DNA of 64,000 nt from an uncultured Acidobacteriaceae bacterium. Its GTDB lineage: Bacteria > Acidobacteriota > Terriglobia > Terriglobales > Acidobacteriaceae. This document shows, one piece after another, positions 9,257-17,795 of this stretch. The translations under genes were made by a program, and so were the position numbers. Each line of letters starts with the position of its first letter. Position 1 is the first letter of the stretch. A model generated the notes under the pieces. It worked only from the letters and a program-made list of their open reading frames with translations. It made no database searches and was not told where the DNA came from. The stretch spans positions 4,657,107-4,721,106 of the forward strand of contig CAVTZD010000001.1 of NCBI GenBank assembly GCA_963739125.1, in the 5' to 3' direction.

Positions 9257-11416
9257 TTATCGTCCCTTTCCCACGCTCACTCTTCGCTTCCGCGCAGGCG
9301 CCAGCACCGGAACCATGGCAGGAGTTTTCCCTTCCGCAATGCCGATCAAAAAGTCTTGCGCGCCAAAGGCCGCCGCTCCGGTGGGCGGCTTCCGATTCCG
9401 TCGCCCGTGCACCGGCTGCCAGGCCCGAATGTAGGTCGTATCTTTCAACAGAATGCGCGCCTTGCGATTGTCGGCCAGGTAGGCGTCAAGAATCTCATGC
9501 CGCACCCGCTCCCGCAACAACTCGTCGCGCAACGGAACCAGCACTTCCACCCGCTCGTAAAGATTGCGCGGCATCCAGTCGGCGCTGCCCATGTAAATTT
9601 CTTCTTCGCCGCCGTTGGCGAAATGATAGATGCGGCTGTGCTCCAGAAATCTTCCTACAATACTGCGCACGCGGATGTTGTCGCTCACCCCGCGCACTCC
9701 CGGCCGCAGCGCGCAAATGCCGCGCACGATCAAATCGATCTGCACCCCCGTCTGCGACGCCCGGTACAGCGCCTGAATAATATTCTTGTCGAGCAGCGCA
9801 TTCATCTTCGCCGTAATGCGCGCTTCCCTGCCCTGGCGCGCATGCTCGGCTTCGCGGTCGATCAGCGCAATGCACTTCTCAGCCAGGTCGAGCGGCGCCA
9901 CCAGCAGCGGCTCGTAACTCGGATTCTCCGCATATGCCGTCAGAAAACTGAAAACATCGTGCACCGCGCGCGTGATCTCCGGATTCGCCGTGAACAAACT
10001 CAGGTCGGTGTAGATGCGCGCCGTGGTCGCGTTGTAGTTGCCGGTTCCGATGTGGCAATAACTCCGCGTCACGCCATCGGGATCACGCCGCACCAGCAGC
10101 GACAGCTTGCAATGTGTTTTCAAGCCAACCAGTCCGTGGAACACCTGCACGCCCGCATCTTCGAGATCGCGCGCCCACCGTATGTTCGACGCTTCATCGA
10201 ACCGCGCCTTCAATTCCACCACCGCCGTGACTTCCTTGCTGGCAGCGGCGTTGATCAGCGACGGCACAATGTGCGAATGTTCGCTGGTGCGGTAGAGCGT
10301 CTGCTTGATCGAAAGGACGTTCTCATCTTCCGCCGCCGAAGAAATGAACTGCACCACCGCGTCGTAAGAGTCGAAGGGATGGTGCAGCAAAACATCGTGC
10401 CGCCGCAGCTCCTCGAACAAGTCTGTCGCCTTTGAGGTCAGCCGCAACTCTCGTGGAGTAAACGGCCGGTACTTCAAGTCTGGCCGCTTCACCTGCTCAT
10501 AGATATTGAACAGCCGCACCAGGTTGACCGGCCCATTCACCGGAAATACCTGCCAGGGATCGATCTCGAACACCGTGCGCAGCCGGTCGACAATTTCCGG
10601 GTCGGCCTCGGCTTCAATCTCCAGCCGCACCGCGTCGCCTTTGCGCCGGTTATGCAGTTCGGTGCGCACCGACTCCAGCAGGCTGCGCGCTTCTTCCTCC
10701 GCCAGATATAGATTGCTGTTGCGCGTGACGCGAAACGGCGCGGCCGACACAATGTCATACCCGTGATACATGCGCACCGCATGGTGCGCCACCAGGTCGG
10801 CCAGAAAAATAAAATCCGCCGTGCCTTCTGATGGCAACCGCACCAGCCGCGGCAAGGCCCGCGGCACCGAAACCACTCCCGTATAGGTCAGCGCCGAGCG
10901 CCGCCGCCGCCGCAACAGAAATCCCACGCACAGCGCCTTATTGATGACCCGCGGAAACGGATGCGCCGGATCGACCGTCACCGGCGTCAGCAGCGGATCG
11001 AGTTCCTTCTCGCAATAGTCGTCGACGAAGCGCAGCGCCGGGGCGTCAAGTTCATTCAGCCCCAGCACCCGGATTCCATTCTCCGCCAGCGCCGGACGCA
11101 GCCGCGCATTCCAGCAGTCATACTGATCGTCCACAAACTCGTGCGTCAGCCCGCTCAGAACGTCCCGCTTGGCGGCAAGCGTCAGACCATCCGGACCGGC
11201 CTCGTTGTAGCCGTCCTCGATCTGCTGCATCATCGCAGCCACGCGCACTTCGAAGAACTCATCCAGATTGCTGGCCGAAATCGAAAGAAACTTCAGCCGC
11301 TCCAGCAGAGGATTGCCCTCGTCCTCGGCTTCTTCAAGCACACGTCGGTTAAACGCGAGCCACGAGGTGTCGCGGTTGAGGTAATACTGGGGATTATCGA
11401 GCGAGATTCGTGCCAT
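9257..11416 (-). CDS. ppk: Polyphosphate kinase 1
   Basis: About 719 aa from ATG 11416 (MARISLDNPQYYLNRDTSWLAFNRRVLEEA is a typical PPK1 N-terminus). PLD-like C-terminal domains are present. The ORF track extends the frame 16 codons upstream to 11464. Confidence 0.95.
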   Translation of the reverse strand: MARISLDNPQYYLNRDTSWLAFNRRVLEEAEDEGNPLLERLKFLSISASNLDEFFEVRVAAMMQQIEDGYNEAGPDGLTLAAKRDVLSGLTHEFVDDQYDCWNARLRPALAENGIRVLGLNELDAPALRFVDDYCEKELDPLLTPVTVDPAHPFPRVINKALCVGFLLRRRRRSALTYTGVVSVPRALPRLVRLPSEGTADFIFLADLVAHHAVRMYHGYDIVSAAPFRVTRNSNLYLAEEEARSLLESVRTELHNRRKGDAVRLEIEAEADPEIVDRLRTVFEIDPWQVFPVNGPVNLVRLFNIYEQVKRPDLKYRPFTPRELRLTSKATDLFEELRRHDVLLHHPFDSYDAVVQFISSAAEDENVLSIKQTLYRTSEHSHIVPSLINAAASKEVTAVVELKARFDEASNIRWARDLEDAGVQVFHGLVGLKTHCKLSLLVRRDPDGVTRSYCHIGTGNYNATTARIYTDLSLFTANPEITRAVHDVFSFLTAYAENPSYEPLLVAPLDLAEKCIALIDREAEHARQGREARITAKMNALLDKNIIQALYRASQTGVQIDLIVRGICALRPGVRGVSDNIRVRSIVGRFLEHSRIYHFANGGEEEIYMGSADWMPRNLYERVEVLVPLRDELLRERVRHEILDAYLADNRKARILLKDTTYIRAWQPVHGRRNRKPPTGAAAFGAQDFLIGIAEGKTPAMVPVLAPARKRRVSVGKGR

Positions 11417-11602
11417 GACAGCCAGCTTCCGGCTGCAGCTTCCAACTGCAGCGTCCAACTGCAAGAGTTCGTCTGATTGTTTCCTGCCGGTCTACATCTT
11501 CCGCGTGTTGTCCCGAGCGGGATACCGGGGAAACCAGTATAAAGCATCCCGCCGGTGCCCGCAGGCAAGCCGACTCGGGGGCGGTAGGTCATCTTGAACT
11601 GA

Positions 11603-11670
11603 TTTGAAAGGGCGCGGCTTCCAGCCGCGCCGTAAGCTTGCCAATTCAATCGCGGCTTTAGCCGCTGGGG
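11603..11670 (+). repeat. REP-like element, family D (two hairpins)
   Basis: It reads TTTGAAAGGGCGCGGCTTCCAGCCGCGCCG ... CGCGGCTTTAGCCGCTGGGG. It lies in the porin-ppk spacer. Confidence 0.7.
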
Positions 11671-11808
11671 GCTTAGGAGCTTTTTCTCCCGAAGGCCCAG
11701 ACGACGCCGCTCCCTGCGCGAACTCCCCGCTAGCAATAAAACCGGCGCCTGGACGTTAGTTTCCTCGTCCGGACGCCGGTTTTCCGAATTGAATCAAGCT
11801 GCCGCTTC

Positions 11809-13677
11809 TTACGGCAGGTAATATCGGAACGACGTAAACACCATGCCATCGAGTCCGTGTGGTTCGCCACCCACTCCCGACCACGTGTTGCGCGTCACAT
11901 AGGAGAACTGCGGTCCCCAGGTGACGCGGCCCCGGTTCACTTTCTCGTGGGCACCGTTATACACGTTGAACCAGAAGCCGGCGGTTCCTTCGATCACCAC
12001 GCGCGTGTCGGCCGTGCAACTGCTGAGCCCGCCCGGCAGGAAACCGCCGCCGTTGACTGGAGCCGTCTCGGTGTAGCACCCCGAGTTGCTGAAATAGGGC
12101 GAGCCGTAACCAACATAAAGCTTCGAGTTGTTGGGGTCGTAGCCATAGGTCCGGCCGGCATATTCCGCGCCCGCGTTGAGGTAGACATCGATCTTCGGAC
12201 TGTGCCATTCGAGGGTGCCGAGGCCCTGATAGGTACGAATCAGGTCCAGGGTTCCATCGCCGCGAACCGACGCGTCGGGAAGGCCAACCGTGCCGTAGCG
12301 GCCCACTCCCCGCCCGGTGAAACCATGCAATCCGAAGTCGATATGCTTTTTGTCGAATGACCAGCGCGCGTTGGCGCCGATGCCCCCGCCATTCTTCGAG
12401 CTGTTGTAGGCGAGCTGCGCCGACGGCGTGCCGATGGGCTCGGTACCGCAGATCTCAGTCGATGACACTTCTCCGCAGGGAAATACCCGGTCGCGGAACC
12501 GGCTGTAGACGCCGAAGACCTCGTAATGTCCGAACCCGGGCTCGAAAGCCATTTTCGCAATAATGTCGGGCGACGGATTGAACGAGTAGCTGGCCGCCGG
12601 CGAGCAGGTGGTCAGGCCGCTGCTGTTCGTGCTGCAAGTGGTGACGGCGCCGTTGTAAAGACCGCCGCCCGCTCCCGCCGAGCCCACCAGGAAGTTCGCG
12701 GCGTTGTTGTGGGTGGAAACGGTGGCCTGCGCGTTTTCCATCGACACGCCGAACCACACCTTGTTGTCGAAGTTCTTGGTCAGACGCAGCCCATACTGCC
12801 GCGCCCAGCTGAATCCAACGTGGTACTGGGGATCGATGGTCATCGGCAACGCTTCGGTGCGGTTATCCAGGCCATGCTTGGTTTCGGTGACCAGGCTCCA
12901 CATCTGGCCGCCGGTAATGCTGAAGCCGTCATTAAACGCCGCCTGCCCCCACGCCTGGCGTTGGCGCATGGTATAGCTGTTGCTTTCGTTGTTGTTGGAA
13001 GTCACGCCTGCCGAGAGAAAGTCGGCTTCCACATAGCCGGTCAATTTCGCCATCGACAGTTTGCCTTCCACCAGCATCGAGATGCGCGACTGCCGGCCAG
13101 ATCCGAAGAATTCCGACATCGTGCTCTGCGAAGCTCCCGGCATGGTGAGCGAGTTGAACGGGGTATTGATGTCAGATCCCAGGGCTCGCGACCGGCGCAC
13201 AAATTCAGCCGCCAGGAAGCCGCCCGGCGTGATCGTGACTCCCTTGTAATGCAGCGCCAGCGGACTCTGGATCGCCGCATCGACGTTTTTCTGCGTCTCC
13301 TGTAGCGACTGGGCGGTGCTCACAAAGTTGTTCTTCAGGTCCGACACATCGCTTTTCAGCTCCGTGACCGCCGCCTGCTGCTGCGAAGCCTGGGACGAAG
13401 CCGCGTCCGCCTTGGTCGCCGCATCCGAAGCCGCGCTTTGCGCCTGCTGCACCGCTTGATCCTTGTGGTGTAGTTCCTCCCTCAATTCCTGAATCTGCTG
13501 CTCCTGCCGCGCCAGCGCCGCCTGCTGCGAGGCGATGGCGTCACGCAGCGCCAGTACGTCGGCGGCCGTCAGCGCCGCAGCCTTCGCTGCCTTTTTCGGT
13601 TTGGGCGTGGGGCTGGTCTGTGCCACCAGCGCCGACACCAGGAACGGAATCACACACAATCTCCAAGCAGACTTCAT
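11809..13677 (-). CDS. Outer-membrane beta-barrel porin with N-terminal coiled coil, possibly phosphate-selective (OprO/P-like)
   Basis: 622 aa. It has a signal peptide (MKSAWRLCVIPFLVSALVAQ) and a Q/A-rich heptad-like segment of about 100 aa. After that come alternating aromatic/Gly-rich strands typical of porins. An AAGGAGAGG ribosome-binding site precedes the ATG. The gene lies between pstS and ppk. The phosphate specificity is inferred from context only. Confidence 0.7.
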   Translation of the reverse strand: MKSAWRLCVIPFLVSALVAQTSPTPKPKKAAKAAALTAADVLALRDAIASQQAALARQEQQIQELREELHHKDQAVQQAQSAASDAATKADAASSQASQQQAAVTELKSDVSDLKNNFVSTAQSLQETQKNVDAAIQSPLALHYKGVTITPGGFLAAEFVRRSRALGSDINTPFNSLTMPGASQSTMSEFFGSGRQSRISMLVEGKLSMAKLTGYVEADFLSAGVTSNNNESNSYTMRQRQAWGQAAFNDGFSITGGQMWSLVTETKHGLDNRTEALPMTIDPQYHVGFSWARQYGLRLTKNFDNKVWFGVSMENAQATVSTHNNAANFLVGSAGAGGGLYNGAVTTCSTNSSGLTTCSPAASYSFNPSPDIIAKMAFEPGFGHYEVFGVYSRFRDRVFPCGEVSSTEICGTEPIGTPSAQLAYNSSKNGGGIGANARWSFDKKHIDFGLHGFTGRGVGRYGTVGLPDASVRGDGTLDLIRTYQGLGTLEWHSPKIDVYLNAGAEYAGRTYGYDPNNSKLYVGYGSPYFSNSGCYTETAPVNGGGFLPGGLSSCTADTRVVIEGTAGFWFNVYNGAHEKVNRGRVTWGPQFSYVTRNTWSGVGGEPHGLDGMVFTSFRYYLP

Positions 13678-13735
13678 GTCCTCTCCTTTTTTGCTCGCTA
13701 GGATGAATAGCCGTTGTATCGGCCCTACTGGACTC

Positions 13736-13771
13736 GCTATTTAACTTGCTATTTAACTTGCTACTTAACTT
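13736..13771. repeat. 12-bp x3 tandem repeat spanning the pstS stop codon
   Basis: The units are GCTATTTAACTT, GCTATTTAACTT and GCTACTTAACTT. On the coding strand each unit reads Q-V-K-stop. Confidence 0.9.
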
Positions 13772-14780
13772 GTTTGATCGCTTCTCTCTCCTTGGCAACC
13801 ACATTCTCAGGCAGCGGCGCGTAGCTGAGAGCCGAGGTCATGGTTTGACCGTCCGTGATCATCCAGTTAAGAAAGTCCTTCAGAATTTTTCCCTTCGCCG
13901 CGTCCTTCGATTGCACCGGAATCAGCAGCCAGGTAAAGCTTGAGATCGGATAAGCCATTGCGCCCGGAGCGTTGGTAATCGACACCCGAAAATCCGCCGG
14001 CATCTTCGCAGCCGAAGCTGCCGCTGCCGTCACGCTTTCGAGCGAGGCTTTGATGAAATTCCCTGCTGCGTTCCGAATGGTTCCATAAGGAATGTGGTTC
14101 TGGATGGCATAAATCAGTTCCACATACCCGATCGCTCCCGGCACTTGCCGGATAAGGCCGGCCACGCCTTCGTTGTGCTGGGCGCCCAAGCCTCTGGGCC
14201 ATTTCACCGACGTGCCGCTGCCCACGTCGCCCTTCCAGTCCGCACTCACCTTCGACAGGTAGTCGGTCCAGATGAACGTCGTGCCGCTGCCATCGGAACG
14301 GTGAATCACGACGATGTCCTGGCTGGGAAACTTCACGCCCGGGTTCGCCGCCGCGATCGCCGGGTCGTTCCAGTTGGAAATCTTGCCCAGATAAATTCCA
14401 GCCAGAACTTCGGGAGTGAATTTCAGTTCTTGCGTCACGCCCGGGATGTTGTACGCCGGCACCACGCCTCCCAGCACCGTGGGAAGGTTGAGCAGCTTGG
14501 TCTTCAGCTTGCCTTCCGCTTCTTGCAGTTGTTGGTCGGTCATCGGCATGTCACTGGCGCCGAAATCGACCGTGCCTTCGGTGACCTGCCGGATGCCGCC
14601 TCCGCTTCCGATCGGCTGGTAATTGATCTCCACGCCCGCGTGCGACTTGGCGTATTCGCTGAACCATTTGGAATAGATCGGGTTGGGAAAGGTAGCGCCG
14701 GCTCCGTTCAGAGTGGTCTGCCCGAACACCGGCAGCGTTAACACGACACACACCAACAGCAGCATGATCTTGCGCATCAC
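13761..14780 (-). CDS. pstS: Phosphate ABC transporter substrate-binding protein PstS
   Basis: 339 aa. A signal peptide is followed by the typical PstS N-terminus (LNGAGATFPNPIYSKWF) and the SDGSGTT motif. Confidence 0.95.
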   Translation of the reverse strand: MMRKIMLLLVCVVLTLPVFGQTTLNGAGATFPNPIYSKWFSEYAKSHAGVEINYQPIGSGGGIRQVTEGTVDFGASDMPMTDQQLQEAEGKLKTKLLNLPTVLGGVVPAYNIPGVTQELKFTPEVLAGIYLGKISNWNDPAIAAANPGVKFPSQDIVVIHRSDGSGTTFIWTDYLSKVSADWKGDVGSGTSVKWPRGLGAQHNEGVAGLIRQVPGAIGYVELIYAIQNHIPYGTIRNAAGNFIKASLESVTAAAASAAKMPADFRVSITNAPGAMAYPISSFTWLLIPVQSKDAAKGKILKDFLNWMITDGQTMTSALSYAPLPENVVAKEREAIKQVK

Positions 14781-14830
14781 TGGATGATTCCCTCCGTTTA
14801 GGTGGTATCGTCCCCGTTTTATCGGCGCTG

Positions 14831-14848
14831 TGTTACAGGAGGGTTACA
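14831..14848 (-). promoter_or_regulatory. Candidate Pho-box-like direct repeat upstream of pstS
   Basis: The minus strand reads TGTAACC-ctcc-TGTAACA, two 7-mers with an 11-bp period. It lies 51-68 nt upstream of the pstS start. The same half-site occurs upstream of pstC. Confidence 0.35.
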
Positions 14849-14964
14849 AACTGGTGAATTTCTGATGAATGAGCTCCTCTCTCCCTGATGCATTTCATGA
14901 GCAACCAGCCTTCCCATGATTGGATTAGAAGGAACTTAAGTGCAGGCTCACTGGGCACAACATA

Positions 14965-15042
14965 AACCACGAAGGACACGAAAGATCACCAAGCGCCGGC
15001 TGCCAAGTGTCTCCTTCGTGTGACTTCGTGTCCTTCGTGGTT
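14965..15042. repeat. Palindromic element, family C
   Basis: The 18-bp perfect inverted repeat is AACCACGAAGGACACGAA ... TTCGTGTCCTTCGTGGTT, about 41 bp apart. It lies in the divergent pstS/GH15 spacer. Confidence 0.8.
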
Positions 15043-15233
15043 CTGGGTTTCATCTGTCCGTCAAATTGAGCCATCACCCTGGGGAGTCATCGCGCGGGCC
15101 GTCCCCCGCCTGTCAAAGTTCTGTAAAATCCGAAAGGGCGCGAACCTCGGATGGGACAGGGGCTTCCTTTGCGCCCTGAAACGATCGCGTCCTGCCAGCG
15201 TAAGCAGAGAAAGAAAACGAGGAAAACGGATTC

Positions 15234-17645
15234 ATGAGTGATTCTGTTGCAAAGTACGCCCCCGGCTGGCCCGGCATCCCGGCGCGCTGGACCTCGAGCG
15301 CCAAGACCGGCGTCGGCACTGCCCTCAACCAGCACAGTAAAGTCTGGTTCACGATCAGCCACGGCATCCTTAACGAGGTCTACTTTCCGCGCGTCGATCA
15401 GGCCTGCACTCGCGACCTGGGATTGATCGTCACCAACGGCCTCGACTTCTTTTCCGAAGAGAAGCGCGATTGCAAATTCGAGAATCGCCCCGTCGAACCG
15501 GGCATTCCGGTATTTGAGCTGATCAATTCCGAGCGCAGCGGCCGCTACCGCCTTCATAAGGAAGTTTTCACCGATCCCTATCGCAACGTCGTGTTGCAGA
15601 AGGTGCGATTCGAGCCGCTCACGGGAACGCTCGCCGACTATCGCCTGTACGCGCTGCTCTCGCCGCATCTGGCTAATTGTGGCATGGGCAACACGGGCTG
15701 GATCGGCGATTACAAAGGCGTCCCCATGTTTTTCGCCGAGCATGTCGATACCGCGCTCAGCCTGGCCGCATCGGCGCCGTGGAAAAAATTGTCGGTCGGC
15801 TTCGTCGGCTACTCCGACGGCTGGCAGGATCTTTCGCGCCATTTTCAAATGGAGTGGGAATACACGCGCGCGGAAAACGGCAACATCGCCTTCACCGGCG
15901 AGATCGACCTGGCCGCATGCAACGGCGAATTTATTCTTGCCCTCGGCTTCGGCGCCATGGCGAGCGAAGCCGGCCAGCAAACCCGATCCAGTCTTCTCGA
16001 AGACTACGACGACTCGCGCTCGCACTACATCGCCCAGTGGAGCGCCTGGCACCGCACGCTGCTGAAGCTCGACGAACCGCCGCGCCAGCACGATCTCTAC
16101 CGCACCTCCACCGCGGTTTTGCGCACCCACGAGTCGAAGGATTTTCTGGGCGGCATCATCGCCAGCCTTTCCATTCCCTGGGGATTCACCAAAGGCGACG
16201 AGGATCTCGGCGGCTACCACCTGGTCTGGCCGCGCGATCTGGTGGAAAACGCAGGCGCTCTGCTCGCCTCCGGCGCCGTCACCGACGCGGTGCGCGTGCT
16301 GCGCTATCTCGAAGCCACACAGGAAGCCGGCGGCAACTGGGCGCAGAATCTCTGGCTCGACGGTCGCCCCTACTGGAGCGGCATTCAAATGGATGAGACC
16401 GCGTTTCCCATTCTGCTGCTCGATCTATTGCGCCGCGAGGCTGCCGACTCCCTGGGCAAACTCGACCGCTGGTGGCCCATGGTGCGCAAAGCCGCCAGCT
16501 TCATTCTGCGCAACGGCCCGGTCACCATGCAGGATCGCTGGGAGGAAGATGCCGGCTATTCACCGTTCACGCTGGCGGTTGAAATTTCCGCGCTGCTGGC
16601 CGCGGCCGACATCGCCGACCTCACCGGCCACTCCGAGCAGGCGCAGACCTTGCGCGATACCGCCGACGCCTGGAATGACAACATCGAGCGCTGGACTTAT
16701 GCCAATGGCGGTGACCTGGCGCGGCAACTCGGCGTCGACGGCTATTACGTGCGCATCGCGCCGCCTGAAACCGACGGTGCGGCTTCGCCCACCGAGGGCT
16801 TCGTTCCCATCAAGAATCGCCCGCCGGGCCAGGACGGGGAACGCGCCTATCACATCATCAGCCCTGACGCGCTGGCGCTGGTGCGCTTCGGCCTGCGCGC
16901 GGCTGACGATCCGCGGATTTTGAACACGCTGCGCGTCATCGACGCGCTGCTCAGCGTCGAGTTGCCGCAGGGCCCTTGCTGGTATCGCTATAACGGCGAC
17001 GGCTACGGCGAACACAAAGACGGCTCCCCCTTTGACGGCACCGGCATTGGCCGGCCCTGGCCGCTGCTGGCGGGCGAGCGCGGCCACTATGCCCTCGCCG
17101 GCGGGCATCAGGACCAAGCCGAGGCGCTGCTCTCTGTGATTGAAAATTCCACCCTCGGTGAAAGCCGCCTGCTTCCCGAGCAGGTCTGGGACGCGGCCGA
17201 TCTTCCCTCGCACGAACTTTTTCGCGGCAAGGGGACCGGGTCGGCGTGTCCGCTGGTGTGGGCTCACTCGGAGTATGTCAAGCTTCGCCGTTCGCTGCGC
17301 GATGGCCGTGTGTTTGACCGGCCTCCACAAACCGTGCAGCGCTATCTGGTCGAGAAACGGGTGCGCCAGGTTTTCGGCTGGCGTTTCAACAACAAGACGC
17401 GGAGCATTCCGCGCAATAAAACGTTGCGCATCGTCCTGTTGTCTCCCGCGCAGGTCCATTGGAGCATCGACGGCTGGAATACCACCCACGACACCGACAC
17501 GCGCGACACGGGACTAGGCATCCATACTCTGGACTTGCCGAGCGCTTCGCTGCCGCCCGGAGGCCAGGTGATTTTTACTTTCTACTGGCCCAACGAAAAT
17601 CGCTGGGAAGGCACCGACTATACCGTGACGGTGGAGAAGGGATGA
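15234..17645 (+). CDS. Glycoside hydrolase family 15 glucoamylase / glucodextranase-like
   Basis: 803 aa. The N-terminus (APGWPGIPARWTSSAKTGVGTA) is typical of bacterial and archaeal GH15. The catalytic-domain motif GGYHLVWPRD is present. Confidence 0.9.
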   Translation: MSDSVAKYAPGWPGIPARWTSSAKTGVGTALNQHSKVWFTISHGILNEVYFPRVDQACTRDLGLIVTNGLDFFSEEKRDCKFENRPVEPGIPVFELINSERSGRYRLHKEVFTDPYRNVVLQKVRFEPLTGTLADYRLYALLSPHLANCGMGNTGWIGDYKGVPMFFAEHVDTALSLAASAPWKKLSVGFVGYSDGWQDLSRHFQMEWEYTRAENGNIAFTGEIDLAACNGEFILALGFGAMASEAGQQTRSSLLEDYDDSRSHYIAQWSAWHRTLLKLDEPPRQHDLYRTSTAVLRTHESKDFLGGIIASLSIPWGFTKGDEDLGGYHLVWPRDLVENAGALLASGAVTDAVRVLRYLEATQEAGGNWAQNLWLDGRPYWSGIQMDETAFPILLLDLLRREAADSLGKLDRWWPMVRKAASFILRNGPVTMQDRWEEDAGYSPFTLAVEISALLAAADIADLTGHSEQAQTLRDTADAWNDNIERWTYANGGDLARQLGVDGYYVRIAPPETDGAASPTEGFVPIKNRPPGQDGERAYHIISPDALALVRFGLRAADDPRILNTLRVIDALLSVELPQGPCWYRYNGDGYGEHKDGSPFDGTGIGRPWPLLAGERGHYALAGGHQDQAEALLSVIENSTLGESRLLPEQVWDAADLPSHELFRGKGTGSACPLVWAHSEYVKLRRSLRDGRVFDRPPQTVQRYLVEKRVRQVFGWRFNNKTRSIPRNKTLRIVLLSPAQVHWSIDGWNTTHDTDTRDTGLGIHTLDLPSASLPPGGQVIFTFYWPNENRWEGTDYTVTVEKG

Positions 17646-17763
17646 GCGCGAAGGCGCAAAATGATCGAGTCCGATCGAAACACCGCACGAAGGGAAAGCC
17701 GATGCGACCGGGAAGGGCACGAGTTTTACTGGAGAATTTCTCCATAGATCCGGTTGAACTCGC

Positions 17764-17795
17764 TTAACGCAGCGCTGAAGCGCCGCTCTTCCACG
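17764..17795 (+). repeat. REP-like element, family B core
   Basis: The sequence is TTAACGCAGCGCTGAAGCGCCGCTCTTCCACG, a hairpin with a TGAA loop followed by TCTTCCACG. Confidence 0.75.

Noticed and set aside
11417-11464. Upstream extensions of track ORFs. These are ppk to 11464, ndh from 37456, CZB genes from 34854 and 35438, the membrane protein to 37829, tolB to 61157, tolQ to 63201, pal to 59635 and korA from 54012.
   Set aside because: Internal Met codons give N-termini that match the expected family starts or signal peptides, and several have Shine-Dalgarno-like sequences. The extensions overlap neighbouring genes, promoters or repeats.
15087-16388. 433-aa ORF antisense to the GH15 gene.
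   Set aside because: The opposite strand encodes a full-length, motif-bearing GH15 enzyme. The antisense product is Ala/Arg/Gly-rich with no recognisable motif. Long antisense ORFs are expected in GC-rich DNA because stop codons are rare.
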